A DNA stretch of 63,976 nt, counting the filler, from Octopus bimaculoides (lineage: Eukaryota), in NCBI RefSeq assembly GCF_001194135.2. It is 6 parts of 5 records of this genome, joined end to end, with 100 filler letters (N's around TTAATTAATTAA, not from the genome) between each part and the next. Parts side by side here need not be neighbours in the genome. Positions count along the whole stretch, not along the records: positions 21,814 to 25,831 come from NC_069005.1; positions 25,932 to 42,865 come from NC_068996.1; 4 more parts are not named here. One strand, 5' to 3'. Of this stretch, positions 23,337 to 37,099 are shown piece by piece (position 1 is the stretch's first letter; each line of letters opens with the position of its first letter). The position numbers and the translations under genes were made by a program. The notes beneath the pieces were generated by a model, which saw only the letters and a list, made by a program, of their open reading frames with translations, had not been told where the DNA came from and did no database searches.

Positions 23337-24022
23337 TGAGGGCCGGCTGAAAAGCTCATAGGCTGATCAAGATGCTCTCGTGGAATGTGACCAAATGTAG
23401 TTTGTTTTTCGAGATAGTCTCCCTTGTGGCCCACACACTTCTTCAATCGGTGTTGCGGTGGCTGGGTCTCATTGGTGAAAAAACTCTCATCCTGTTAGTC
23501 AAAAACGTCATCAACAGCAGATGTGACATTATCATCAGTGCTATACCGTTTCCCTGCCAAGTGATTTTTCATGTTGGGGAAATGATGACAAATCAAATGG
23601 TGCCAAACCAGAAGAATAGGGAGGGTGAGCAACCAGTTCAAGGCCACTGTAACACACAGCAGCCATTGCAAGCAAGGACTTGTGTGCTGGAGCATTGACC
23701 TAGAGAAACAATGCCCCTTTTGTTAGTTTCCCTGGGTGTTTCATCTTGATACCCTTTGATAACTGCCTCAGCAAGTTGGCATAGTACTCTCCATTGATTG
23801 TGTGGCCCTTTTGAAGATAGTCAATAAACGCAATGCTTTTTGCACCCCAAAACACTGAAGACATCACCTTTCCTGCAGGTGAAACAACCTTGGCTTTCTT
23901 TGAAGTAGATGAGGAGGGATGTTTCCACTACATGGATTGTCTCTAGCGCAAAGTGATCAATCCAACACTCAGCCTGGGCTACGAAACATTCAAAGAAACC
24001 AGCTGGATCTGCCTCAAGCAAC
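23337..24022 (-). mobile_element. mariner (DD34D-type) transposon 3' half with terminal repeat, decayed
   Basis: Minus strand, with frameshifts: LLEADPAGFFECFVAQAECWIDHF..ET / WKHPSSSTSKKAKVVSPAGKVMSSVFWG..IDYLQKGHTINGEYYANLL...NAPAH...HPPYSSGLAPSD..FPNMKNHLAGKRYSTDDNV. Terminus TA-TGAGGGCCGGCTGAAAAG. Confidence 0.9.
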
Positions 24023-24759
24023 ATGTGTGTATGTGTGTGTGTTTGTATGTATATATGTATGCATTGTGCATGTGTGTTTCTATATGTGTATTGTGCATTT
24101 GTGTGTATGTGTCCCAAAATTAGAAACCCTTAATTAGGTATTATCCTAGCCATAATTAGGCTACTAATGAAAGCAATCATACAAAATCAATATATGTAAT
24201 AATACAAACAACAAAACAACCATAAAACATGGACCCTTTAACAAGTTCAACCTTGTGAGAATGAAGGATAACTCAGAACAACGAAATCCCTAGATGTAAA
24301 AGATTCACAGACAACAAGCATATCAGATGTTCCCATCATCAGCTGTCGAACAGATATCACTGTGGTTTCAACACCTGGGCAATACTCCAGCAGTGCTAAC
24401 AGTGTTAAAAACACAAATACTGCCGGGAAGTCAATAGACAAAAGCAGGAGCAAAACATTAGCATTTGTCCATTGTGTCTACACCTGTTTATTATTACTAA
24501 TACAACCATTGAGTACAAACAAAGTTGTATCAAACCTATAGTTAGCTACAAAGCGTTGTGATAGTCACATCTGAAACACACATTATCACTGTTATATTGA
24601 TTTTTGTTCTGTTTATATTACTGTTAAGTATCAAAGCCTTTTTCCCTACATTTACTAAAACCTGGTCACTGATCCTCTCTATTATTTCAGATGAATTTCT
24701 CTGATGTTTAAATTTTCAGTGTTGCTCATTTTTTTTTTTCTCTGTTTATGAAACTCCAG

Positions 24760-24977
24760 GTTTGTACGATCAGCTGAATGCTATGAATTTCAAATTGGAA
24801 AGCATCCAGAAGTCCCTCGATATGTATTTAGAAACAAAGCGACAGATATTCCCCCGTTTTTACTTCCTGTCCAATGACGATTTGTTGGAGATCTTGGGCC
24901 AGGCAAGAAACCCGGAGGCGGTCCAACCACATCTAAAAAAGTGCTTTGACAATATTAAGTCTCTGACAATTAATCGT
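24760..24977 (+). CDS. DNAH2: DNAH2 next internal exon
   Basis: (G)[89 protein letters not shown] and [12 protein letters not shown] are dynein heavy-chain linker motifs. Phase matches the previous exon; GTAAGT donor. Confidence 0.95.
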
Positions 24978-25358
24978 GTAAGTTGACTTTTTTCTTAGCA
25001 TTTATAAATGTTATCATTGGTGGCAGTGGTAGCTGCTGCTGCTGCTTCTTCGTGTTTGAATATCACCACAGCTGGAGCCGATGTAAGGGGGATAACCCTG
25101 TCCTGTCTGTGGCACCTCCCACATGGACGAATATTTTTTTGTTTACAAAACGAACCGACAATGACATATTTCTTCCCCCTATTGTAGAGAGGTTATGTGC
25201 CTTCGTCCATTTGACAAGTCATCTAGCAGTTAAGTACTTTATGATTACAAAACTAATGATCACTCTGTGATCAGCCATAGCAATTAACTCCCTAAAAAAA
25301 ATATATCATTGCTCTAAATATTTTAGAGTTTGCTTCTTTTTCAGATATATGAACTACT

Positions 25359-25402
<44 letters not shown>

Positions 25403-25931
25403 AAGGTTTAGATTTAGATTCAAAATTGAATATGGTACTTATGTTTAGGCACCAGAATATAGTATGGTATGGTATTACACAAAATATAGTCATGTCCATG
25501 CATAATGCTTACACCTTCCCTTTCCTTAGAAGTGATTGTCCCTTATACTATAACTACTAGATAAGAGACAATAAAATCAGAGACAGTTAGAATTTCTGCC
25601 TAGAACCAGTTACTAGCCTGATAGCCTTGGCTATGTCAAGATGGATTTTTATGTATTCTTCTTCTCACTTGGATTTGAAATGTTGCCACAATTATAATAT
25701 GTCTATTCTACTGTAATTTTCTACATTTTCGTGCAGCTGAAGATTGCTCTACATATTGCATTTAATGTAATGCTCGCATTACTTAAATAAATGGAGTAGC
25801 ATGAAACGTGCGTACTGCAATCATCTTTGAANNNNNNNNNNNNNNNNNNNNNNNNNNNNNNNNNNNNNNNNNNNNTTAATTAATTAANNNNNNNNNNNNN
25901 NNNNNNNNNNNNNNNNNNNNNNNNNNNNNNN

Positions 25932-28132
25932 GGGGTTGCTTCTCCAGGTGCCGAGCCGCAAGCCCACTGACTTATCCCGGTTGATTTTCGCTCCTGTTAC
26001 CGCTTCGTAGTCTTTCAATGTTTCGCCGACCAGCTTGATGTGCTCTTGGCTAGACGCTATGACGGTGACGTCGTCCGCGTATGCGGACAAGCTCGTCCCG
26101 CATCCCAACTCTCGTGGGATGCCCCTCAGCGTCGCCAGCTTCCGCAGTAGTAGCTCGAGAGTCAATACGTACAGGAGCGACGAGAGGGGGCATCCCTGAC
26201 GGACCGAACGTGCAATATCGAAAGGTCTTGATAGATGCCAATTCACGTGATTTATTGAACGGATGCCTCTATACAAGGCAGCTATCCAGCCGCGGAAGAC
26301 GGGGCCGAAACCAGCCGCTATGAGGACAGCCTCCGAGTTTCGATGGTCTACCCTATCGAAAGCTTTGGATTGATCCAAATTGATCAGGGTTCCACCCATG
26401 CCAGGTTCCTTAACTACCCTATCTATGATGTAGCCCATCAGGTGGAGGTTATCATGGATGCTCCGGCTCGGCACGGCGCACGTTTGCGCCTTGTTGACCA
26501 GTTACTCGATGACAAGCGCCAATCTCTTGGCTTATACCTTGGCCAAAATTTTCAAGTATGCATTGAGCAGAGTGATAGGCCTAAAGTTATCTATTACGTC
26601 CCCCTTGTTTGGATCTTACTTCAGCAGCGTTACGGCTCCTCGGCTCACAAAACTGCGGATGCTCCCGTTTTGCTGCCTGTTGCAGTACACTGCTGTCAAG
26701 ACGTCTCCAAACAAGTCTGTCATACAACTGTAAAGCTAGTAGGGTAGACCATGTAGATCCGGCGATTTGTCCCTCGAGATTTCTTCCATCGCGTCCCGCA
26801 CTTCCGTCGCCGTGATGACACCTTCACAGCACCTTGCCTCTCTTGCCGAGAGTCGTGGCAGGCTATGCAGGTAGGCACTGAAATCCACACTGCGTTCTCG
26901 CTCGCCACTCGTCCCGAACAGTCTGGCAAAATGCTGCTGAAACGCCTCACACATTTTACTTGGCTCGAGTAATTCGCGCCCTTGTTCATCTACCAGAGAC
27001 CGAATGGTGGCTTTGCTGCCCTTTTGCACTTCCGCCATCCGGGCCCCTCGCGCGTCTCCAACACCTTCGTTCTTTAGAGCACGCATCCTAGCTCTGACAA
27101 CACACCATTCGTGTTCGGTGTTGAAGTGTTGGTCGAGGGCCAATCTCGCCGCTAAAACGTCGGATGCGATGCCACTTCTAATCGCCTCTTCCAGCTTCTT
27201 AACTAGATCACCCTCTACTCTGTTTCTATCTATGGCTAGTGCTTTGCTACACCTAATCGCTTCTGCTTTTATTGCTCTCTTGAGGGTAAACCACCATTTG
27301 TTATTGATGATGGCTCCCGTCAAAGCCCTCTTTACTAGCGTGCTAATTTTGTCTCTGAAAACCTGTCTCGACGGGAAAGACGCGTTTAGTTTCCAGTAGC
27401 CGGGACTCTGCCTATGTGTCTTATCTAAGTCTAGCGTACACGTCACAAGTTTGTGATCCGTGTAGCTGACTATGTGGAATTGTGGACACCCTACGCTATC
27501 TCTATCTACTCTCCTACACAGTATGCTATCTAGATACGATCTCGATGCCCCGATGTGGTTGCTCCATGTCCACGTTGACGCATTCGGGTGGCCGAGTCGG
27601 TACCTGTCAGCCAGTTGAAAGCGTCTGAGTAGGTCTTTGAGGCATTCGCATCCCCGTCTATTCCTATCTTTGCCCACGTAGTCTAGACGCTTGTCCAAGG
27701 TAGCATTCCAATCCCCCACTAAAAGTAAAGGACGAGACGTTGCTAGGAATACTTCTAGACGTCGAAAGAAATCCGACCGACCTGTTAAAGGTGGTGGATA
27801 GACTGATATCAGTTGAAAAGCACACACATCGCTGCGTCGACATTCAAAACAACCAGTCTACCCTCCGGGTCTACGAATATTGCCTTTACTTCGAGATCTA
27901 GACACTTGCGAAAAAGTACTGCAGTGCCACTATCTCCCATTCTCATCAGACAGGGAGTAAAATAAACGTTAAACTGTCTGCCAAACATAGACTTTAGGGC
28001 CCGCGGCTCATCGACTCTGGTCTCACTTATGGCTATGATTTCTAATTCATGTGACTTTATGTTGTTTAAGAGGTACCCTTGGTTCCAAGGGGACCCCAAG
28101 TCACGTACATTCACACAACCAATCTTGAGCAT
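25932..28132 (-). mobile_element. L1/Tx1-clade LINE ORF2 (APE endonuclease plus reverse transcriptase), frameshifted, 3' end lost at join
   Basis: APE motifs NVR, ISET, GDWN, YLDSIL and TDH. RT motifs DQSKAFDRVDH, SVRQGCPLSSLLY and AYADDV. Split over at least four reading frames. Confidence 0.93.
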
Positions 28133-28179
28133 AATGATGTGTGTGTCTAAATACTAATGATAGGAACAGAGAGTCACTT

Positions 28180-29140
28180 AACGTGCGAAAGTTTTTGTGT
28201 TTCCTCCAGATTTTCCTCAAGAAGATCGCTTTAGAGTTTTTTGGAAGAGTATTTCTGGCATCTTCCAACCGCGTTGGGGTAAATAGATTTTAGTATGTCG
28301 TGCAGGGTTGGTATGATGTGCAGTATTTTTATGTGTTCTGGTGGTGTTGTGTTTTTATGTCCATGTGTGTTATGTTTGTTTTTGTGCTGATGTATTCCAT
28401 CAACTCTCTATTTTTCGTGTTGATGGCAGTGAGCATTGTGCGTGTGTTTGTTTTTGAGTTGTTGTTGTTGTTGGTGTTCTGTGTGCTAGTGTTGGTGTTG
28501 GGAGTGTTTTCGGGGGTTGTGTATCTCCCTGCTTTGTTGGTGTTGGCTTTTGTTCTTTTTTTTTTTGCTCCTCTTCCTCCTTCCTTTTCTAGCTATTTGC
28601 CATTCCTCACTGGTTTCGTCTTCCGACGAAATTTCTGAGGAATCGGACGGGGTTAGGGGCATGTTGTAGGCTTATGTGGGTGTTTGTGTAGGTGGTTGCG
28701 TTGTTTTCGTTGATGTTGGTTGTTGGCTGTTTGTATGTGGTGCATGTGATATAGGGGAAGGGGTATCAGTTTTTGTGTTTTCTTTTGGTCTTTCGGTTTC
28801 TTTAGTTCTTATTGTTGTTTTTGTTGTTGGTGTTTTTCCAGGTGCTGGTGTATGTTCATTTGTTGGCGTTGGCGCGTTTGGTTTGTGTGTTTCTTTTGTC
28901 ATACACCCTTTGCTTATCTTCTGTGTTGGTGGTGGTGTGGGTAGTAAGGGTTCTTTTTTCCGTTCGCTTTTTCCTTGTTGTGGTAGTTGTTGTTTCTTTT
29001 TCTTGTTGTTTTTGTTGTTCCATTGCTGTTGGGCACTTGGTTTTGAGGTGTTCTTCGCTTCCGCACAAGTAACACCGAGGCCTCCTGCCTTCTACCACCA
29101 CGTATAGGTTATGGCCGTCTGCCAGCTCACAGCTTGGTAA
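28180..29140 (-). mobile_element. ORF1 remnant of the same L1/Tx1 element, with CCHC zinc knuckle
   Basis: LYVVVEGRRPRCYLCGSEEHLKTKCP (C-x2-C-x4-H-x4-C), then a T/K/Q/P-rich low-complexity tract, directly upstream of ORF2. Confidence 0.8.
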
Positions 29141-29141
29141 G

Positions 29142-29213
<72 letters not shown>
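29142..29213. repeat. (GATA)n microsatellite at the 5' junction of the LINE
   Basis: Read directly. Confidence 0.95.
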
Positions 29214-29214
<1 letters not shown>

Positions 29215-29637
29215 CCGTATTTTCCTGTTTGCAAACAGAAAACCAAAGTATAATCATTTTGTTTAGCTTTCCATAGTGTAGGCGGTACGGGTTGCTGTCA
29301 ACTAAATTAAATTCAACTTACACACACACCCACACACTCTCACACACATATATCTATTAACCCTTATAGATACACGCACGCGCATATATACGACATACAC
29401 TCTGAAACAAAAATAGGCACACCCGAATATATCATAACACGCACATGACGCACGTACTCGCATAAACACATATCGGGTGTGGCGTTCAGAATTTAGTATT
29501 TATTATTTAATCCATTTGCTAACGATTGTAGGGAGGAGGTATTATTGGGGGTTTCGTTTGTCATGTCGGGAATTCGTCACGCAACTATGTATACGTGAGT
29601 AGAGCTACTTGATCATATTTGAAGAACAATAGACAAA

Positions 29638-29711
<74 letters not shown>

Positions 29712-30830
29712 AATAATCAAGTAAATAATTTTCGTGTTGCCAAATTTTTCGCTATGCTCAAGTTACGCATCGCCAAGGTTTCATATTACCTAAATTTTGC
29801 GTTCTAGTACTTCGCGTAGCTGAAGTTCTCTTTTTTTCTTTTCTCTTTTTTTCTCTCGGTTTTAGTTGTACCATATTCAATAAAGGGAATGTTTTGACAA
29901 CAAAGCAAATGAAAGCTTCCAACCGCCTCAATAAATAAAATGGAAAAGAAAAAGTAAAAAACAAGTTTATTGAAATACGTAGCTAAGTGCAAGCAAATAT
30001 ATGTAATGTATTGAGCCAGAATAATGTTTGACCGATATGAGAATGAGAATAAAAATGAAAACGTGCCAGCATTAACGGTAATTCTTATCAACGACTGCAA
30101 AGGAGACAACTTTGAGGTTTAAGTCGATTGGAAATTCAGTCTGAACATGCAATGGGTGAGTGGATGGGGATTGGGTTTAATATTTGTTAAGTACAGTGAA
30201 CTTCAGCTATGTTTTAATCTCTTCAATGAAATGAAATGTCTAATCACTGGCATGATTGTCTCAGGATAATTGTTTTAAGATCTGTTAATTATGCATTCGG
30301 CCAAGAGTACCAAGTATGCCGTCCTTAGTTAATGCATGCACCAATACAAAACGTACGCATTTCAAGTAAATTTGACACGACATAAATATGCTTATAAAAT
30401 ACATTTTCTTCTATTTAAGAAGATTAGAAGATTACCCTATCACCCTGTATTTAAGGTTTTTAAAGTTTTTAAATGAACCAGTTGCTGATAATGCAAAAGA
30501 CGCAACTAAGTTACCGACTCATTGTGGAGAAACAAAACATTCGTTCTAGACATTTTCACACAAAAAAAAACAGAAAAAATCTCGTACTAACGCTAATGAT
30601 TTTGATGACAAACCTAATGGTCAGAACAGCAGCGGTTTCATCTCTAACGTAAATCACATAGCTCCATATTGACATGAAACTTAAACAGTGTGCCATAGAT
30701 GTTACAAATAAGATACTATTAATAACTCTCGAGTCTGTTGAATAGTTTATTTTATTGAATCTATCATCAGATAACCAAAAATCAATACACTTCCACCCTA
30801 ATACATATACACATATGTATGTGTATGTAT

Positions 30831-30876
<46 letters not shown>

Positions 30877-31699
30877 NNNNNNNNNNNNNNNNNNNNNNNN
30901 NNNNNNNNNNNNNNNNNNNNNNNNNNNNNNNNNNNNNNNNNNNNNNNNNNNNNNNNNNNNNNNNNNNNNNNNNNNNNNNNNNNNNNNNNNNNNNNNNNNN
31001 NNNNNNNNNNNNNNNNNNNNNNNNNNNNNNNNNNNNNNNNNNNNNNNNNNNNNNNNNNNNNNNNNNNNNNNNNNNNNNNNNNNNNNNNNNNNNNNNNNNN
31101 NNNNNNNNNNNNNNNNNNNNNNNNNNNNNNNNNNNNNNNNNNNNNNNNNNNNNNNNNNNNNNNNNNNNNNNNNNNNNNNNNNNNNNNNNNNNNNNNNNNN
31201 NNNNNNNNNNNNNNNNNNNNNNNNNNNNNNNNNNNNNNNNNNNNNNNNNNNNNNNNNNNNNNNNNNNNNNNNNNNNNNNNNNNNNNNNNNNNNNNNNNNN
31301 NNNNNNNNNNNNNNNNNNNNNNNNNNNNNNNNNNNNNNNNNNNNNNNNNNNNNNNNNNNNNNNNNNNNNNNNNNNNNNNNNNNNNNNNNNNNNNNNNNNN
31401 NNNNNNNNNNNNNNNNNNNNNNNNNNNNNNNNNNNNNNNNNNNNNNNNNNNNNNNNNNNNNNNNNNNNNNNNNNNNNNNNNNTCACACATTTCTTCTTAC
31501 TTCAACGTCGAGATGGTATAATTTCCTGGGAGAGAGATAATTTTGCAGCTGAAGATAGCTTTACATTGTAGATTATACACATATTATGTTATGTTATATT
31601 ATATTATGTTATATTATATTATACACATGTAGAGCTTGAAACACGTGTACCGCGGAATCCTTTGTAGTTTTGTTGTTATTTTTTTCTTTTGGATTTACA

Positions 31700-31893
31700 A
31701 TTTATATGCGTATATATATATATAAACATATATATGCATATTTATATGTATATGTATATATATATGCACATACACACATATATATATATACATACATATA
31801 TGTATATATATATACATATACATATATATGTGTATATATATATATATATACATACACTACGCATATATATATACATACATATATACATATATT

Positions 31894-31966
<73 letters not shown>

Positions 31967-32042
31967 TATGTATATATATATTTACATATATGTCAATATT
32001 ATTATTATTTCTAAATCTCTCTATTATTATTATTATTATTAT

Positions 32043-32082
<40 letters not shown>

Positions 32083-32083
32083 T

Positions 32084-32128
<45 letters not shown>

Positions 32129-32130
32129 TT
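31700..32130. repeat. Compound microsatellite (TA/CA, ATT, AGT)
   Basis: Read directly. Similar compound tracts at about 37680-37800, 38320-38480, 42210-42510, 55460-55640 and 58130-58250. Confidence 0.95.
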
Positions 32131-33274
32131 CAATCCAAGGAGAAAACAATTTCTTCAAAAGGATGGAAAACATCCAGTTTTCACTTTTTTTTCAGTTAAA
32201 TACCACATCGTAGTAGACAAAAAAATCAAAACTTATAATGGTATAATTTCAATATGTAAATATTAAAGGAAATAGACAAATACAATTGACATATTATAAA
32301 TTCATTAACATTATAATATAATATAATTATACTGTAAAAAGATATAATATAATATAATATAACAAATAATTGAAACAAATATATATCCTACAGTTTGTTT
32401 CGATTCATATCCACTAGTGAATTTATTAAAAAAATCACATTTATATATATGAATCCCGTTAGGGTAATATTTGTCTAAAAAATAGAGAAAAATGTCATGC
32501 AAGGACTGCTAAATCATAAAATAGACTCATTTTATCATCTCAATAAAATTTGATATATCAATTGTATTGCTCTATTTCCTTTTACACACACACACACACA
32601 NNNNNNNNNNNNNNNNNNNNNNNNNNNNNNNNNNNNNNNNNNNNNNNNNNNNNNNNNNNNNNNNNNNNNNNNNNNNNNNNNNNNNNNNNNNNNNNNNNNN
32701 NNNNNNNNNNNNNNNNNNNNNNNNNNNNNNNNNNNNNNNNNNNNNNNNNNNNNNNNNNNNNNNNNNNNNNNNNNNNNNNNNNNNNNNNNNNNNNNNNNNN
32801 NNNNNNNNNNNNNNNNNNNNNNNNNNNNNNNNNNNNNNNNNNNNNNNNNNNNNNNNNNNNNNNNNNNNNNNNNNNNNNNNNNNNNNNNNNNNNNNNNNNN
32901 NNNNNNNNNNNNNNNNNNNNNNNNNNNNNNNNNNNNNNNNNNNNNNNNNNNNNNNNNNNNNNNNNNNNNNNNNNNNNNNNNNNNNNNNNNNNNNNNNNNN
33001 NNNNNNNNNNNNNNNNNNNNNNNNNNNNNNNNNNNNNNNNNNNNNNNNNNNNNNNNNNNNNNNNNNNNNNNNNNNNNNNNNNNNNNNNNNNNNNNNNNNN
33101 NNNNNNNNNNNNNNNNNNNNNNNNNNNNNNNNNNNNNNNNNNNNNNNNNNNNNNNNNNNNNNNNNNNNNNNNNNNNNNNNNNNNNNNNNNNNNNNNNNNN
33201 NNNNNNNNNNNNNNNNNNNNNNNNNNNNNNNNNNNNNNNNNNNNNNNNNNNNNNNNNNNNNNNNNNNNNNNNNN

Positions 33275-33309
<35 letters not shown>

Positions 33310-33789
33310 TATGTATATAAGAGACAAAAGTATATGTACGCCGCCATATGTATATAAAAAGGAATACAAAAAAGGGACAAGAACGCAAAACACCCAGACA
33401 GATGATATAAAAGAGGGACAAGAAAAAACAAGGACGGATCATTCGAAGTTTTCTTTCCTCAGTCGAGTTCCAGATTATCTTTGCAATTTTGGCTGGTTAT
33501 ACTCGAGATTGCTCCAAATCTAGCCAGCCCCAAAGAAAAACTAAGCTAAAAGCATTAGATTCCTTGGAAGAGAGCAGCGAATGTATACAAAAACAATGAC
33601 GGGAAAAAAAGACGGAGAAATGGTACACAGATACAAATACAAATAAAAGGACATAACAACATATGTCTTTCGACTAAGGACGAATGTCAAGTTTCCACCC
33701 AGTTTTTTAGTTTCTGACTACAAATTTCACACCAAAATCGTCAGTCCGCTCGACTCAGTATTAGAAAGTAGTTGCTCAACTTACAATGA

Positions 33790-34285
33790 TGCTGCAACTG
33801 TGACCATCCCATTTTTTATTCAGACATAATGTACCTAGGTCTACATTATTTGATGTATAGTAGCTTGTATTTGTAGCTGTAGCTGTTGCTATTGTTTAGT
33901 CCCAGGTCATCCCTGGTCCAGACAGACTTATGAACAAACATGTTCTAGACATAACCATTTTATATTTTATTCAGACACAGTACATCTAGGACTACAATAT
34001 CTGTTGTTTAGTTCTCTGTTAGTAACTATAGCTGATTCTGTTGTTGCTATTATTGTTATTGCTGTTGTTTATACCCAGGTCAATCCTGAGTCAATAGTCT
34101 ATGATCAGAGCTGTTCCAGTTGTGATCAAACATTTTTGTTCAGACATAGTGTACTCAGAAAAACCTTGTCTAATGTATAGTATGGTAGTTAGTATTAATG
34201 TTTATAGTTGTTGTCTTTTAGCCCCAGGTCAATCCTGATTCAACAGTCCTATGATCAAAGATGTTTCAGCTGTGACAATTCCATT
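33790..34285. repeat. Old degenerate tandem array, about 3 units of 150-170 bp
   Basis: Recurring blocks TTCAGACA(T/C)A, CCCAGGTCA.TCC.TG and TATGA(T/A)CA at about 150-170 bp spacing. A reversed solo core lies near 52835-52875. Confidence 0.6.
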
Positions 34286-35261
34286 GTATGGCTTAGTGGT
34301 TACGGTGTTGCACTCATGATCGTAAAACTGTGGTTTCGATTCTTGGATCGAGCAATGCGTTGTGTTCTTGAGCAAAACGCTTCATTTCGCGTTGCTCCAG
34401 TCCACTCGCTTACTTGATTGCTCACTTGCTTGCTTCATGCTCTTGCTTGATATAGCTGGTATAATTACAGGTTATTGGCCCCACCAGTGCTCCCCATCGC
34501 AGGCAGTTCAATGCCACTCCTTTATTATAATTCAACAACCACAGAAAAGATTAAAACACCAGGAAAATAATTGCTGCCAACATGTTTAATCGATTTGACC
34601 GACGAACCGCTCCTCTATACGAAACATTAGCATTGTTGCTTAGTTAGAAATTTCTATATTTGGCAGTTCAGGTCAAGTAGTTACTTAGAAGCAAGTTTTT
34701 CAGTTCTGATTTAAAAAGATAGGGAACTCTAAGGGAGTATGCGGGAAGGTGATTTGACTGTTAAACTTTACAGATTAAGCAACTACTTAGAACTACTTAT
34801 ATAATTAAGACACAAATTATACTAGCTGTTCGAAGTACAAAGGCTGTAAAAAAAAATACAATATATATCATGTAAAATAATGGCAGTTGAGAGCCAGTGC
34901 TTGGTCCAGATTTATGATCTTAAACTGGTGAGAAATAGATATCTCTTTTACTGATACTTTTCTTTCTTATTTTGGTATAATTGATATATCTAGAGAGACA
35001 AAGTCACTTGATTCTCACAACTATCCAACAAAGATATATTTTGCTTTTCAAGGATCTCTACAAATCTTAACACATATTTCTTAGAACAATTGTCTCCGGT
35101 CTGAGCCGCAATATAACAATGAAAAGGTTACGCAAATTAAATCAAATACATTTCAAATTTTTGAAAAACAAAAATGTAAAATATTCATTGATATGTATTA
35201 AAAAAATAAGCAATACAGACCACAGCACAACATTTATTTTAAATAATGATAATAAAAATAT

Positions 35262-35657
35262 ACTCTTTTAGTCTTTTATTTGTTTCAGTCATTTGACTGC
35301 GGCCATGCTGGAGCACCGCCTTTAGTCGAGCAAATCGACCCCGGGACTTATTCTTTGTAAGCCTAGTACTTATTCTATCAGTCTCTTTTGCCGAACCGCT
35401 AAGTTACGGGGACATAAACACGCCAGCATCGGTTGTCAAGCAATGCTAGGGGGACAAACACACACACACACACATATATATATATACATATATACGACGG
35501 GCTTCTTTCAGTTTCCGTCTACCAAATCCACTCACAAGGCTTTGGTCGGCCCGAGGCTATAGTAGAAGACACTTGCCCAAGATGCCACGCAATGGGACTG
35601 AACCCGGAACCATGTGGTTGGTAAGCAAGCTACTTACGACACAGCCACTCCTGCGCC
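35262..35657 (-). mobile_element. tRNA-derived SINE, full length
   Basis: Reverse complement of 41797-42195 at high identity. Confidence 0.9.
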
Positions 35658-37099
35658 CAGGAATACAGGAATATTTCCCCAACAAAAGTACCAAATGTTT
35701 ATGGTATTTTGTTTTATTTATCAAATGGCTTTTCAAATTGAAATACTTATGGAATTATTACGCTGCGAATACTCACCGTCATTCGGGTACAATCCAGTTT
35801 ATTTTCTTGCATGTCGATATCTGTGAGACAAATCGATGAGAAAATGTGTTTCGCATTACGAAGGTCAACCTTTCGGCGAGATTGTAAGGAGCGCAACACT
35901 TTCGTAATACAGGGGTGCCTTTATTAAAGAAGGGGTCGGAGAGCATTTTCGATTTGCCAAATTGGGTCGTAATGGGAATTACTGACGTAAAAGCTCCCCA
36001 ACTATCGATTCAGTTGGTCTTTTTTTCTAGGGAAGTTTATAGAAAATAATCTTATAGTTACAATAAATGTGGTCCCTTTATTTTATCTTTTTATTCGTTC
36101 AAAGCTTTTCCATAACTTTGTCATAAACGTTCATGATTATTTTCAGACTTTTAGCTAGCCCCTATTTCAAACGTTCTTATTAATATAAAGCCTTCCTTTC
36201 ACAAGTCCCAATTTACTCTAGTGGTTGAAAAGAAGTCGGAATGTTTTTACCTCATGAACGTCAGGGAAAGTATGTCCTGTGTATTACATGTGACATGGAA
36301 GACAGGCACAGAGATAAAGACGATTTAAGGGAGTTTACAGATGACATTTGCTGAATATTTATGACACTGAACGTATCAAACTACAACTTCTGAGATTCGT
36401 GTGATTTCTCCCATTTTAAAAACAACAAAAGGCTTGTATTTTGTCAAGGAAAAATAGTTTTAGATCTTTGCATTACAAAGGTAAACGAACTGTATTGTAT
36501 CTCCTTCGTTGACTTATTTTACCCTCATTTTAAAAACAGTAACTTTCTTGGCAGGGGAAGATTTTGTTACATCGTTAAAGGGATCAAGTAACAACATAAA
36601 AACTCCATTGGTAATCTGTGTTGTTGTTTTTGTTGTTTATCCCGGGTCGACCCAGATTGAGCAAACCTATCCATTCCAGCTAACCCAAACCATTCCAGCT
36701 GTAAATATCCGTTCTTTCTGTACATTTATGAATGTTAGGTATGGTGTTCATATCAAAGGCGTTACAGCTACGACCATCCTTCTCTGATTCCGATCACAAC
36801 CTTCCAAGAACAGTGTGCCTTCAAGAGAGAGCAAATTGTGCTTTTTGAAAGATTTAGTTGCTATTTCTAGCAGACCGATTGTCTATATAACAGCTTCCTT
36901 GTTAGTTAGCGAGTACCTACATCGCCCCCATCATCATTTATCGCCTGACCGCCATGTTCTGGAAGGGATGAGTTCCAGTGGTCAGGCAGTCTATTTTTTT
37001 AATGTAGTTGGTTGATACTTTTCATAATAATTTCAGTAACACGAAATAATATTTTATACAATGAAATTAAATTTAAGGTTTAAAAAATTACTTCTAGTA

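Noticed and set aside
24260-24540. Stop-free S/T-rich frame of about 90 codons in the DNAH2 intron
   Set aside because: No start codon, no convincing splice sites, no recognisable homology.
30755-33523. Long ORFs in the supplied track spanning N runs or TA/CA repeats
   Set aside because: Artefacts of gaps and microsatellites (poly-X, IYIY, HTHT). The same holds for most track ORFs at 2854-3733, 56808-57593 and 61095-63402.
35850-36010. Possible promoter (TGACGTAA CRE-like site in relatively CpG-retaining DNA)
   Set aside because: A single short motif with no associated exon or transcript evidence.
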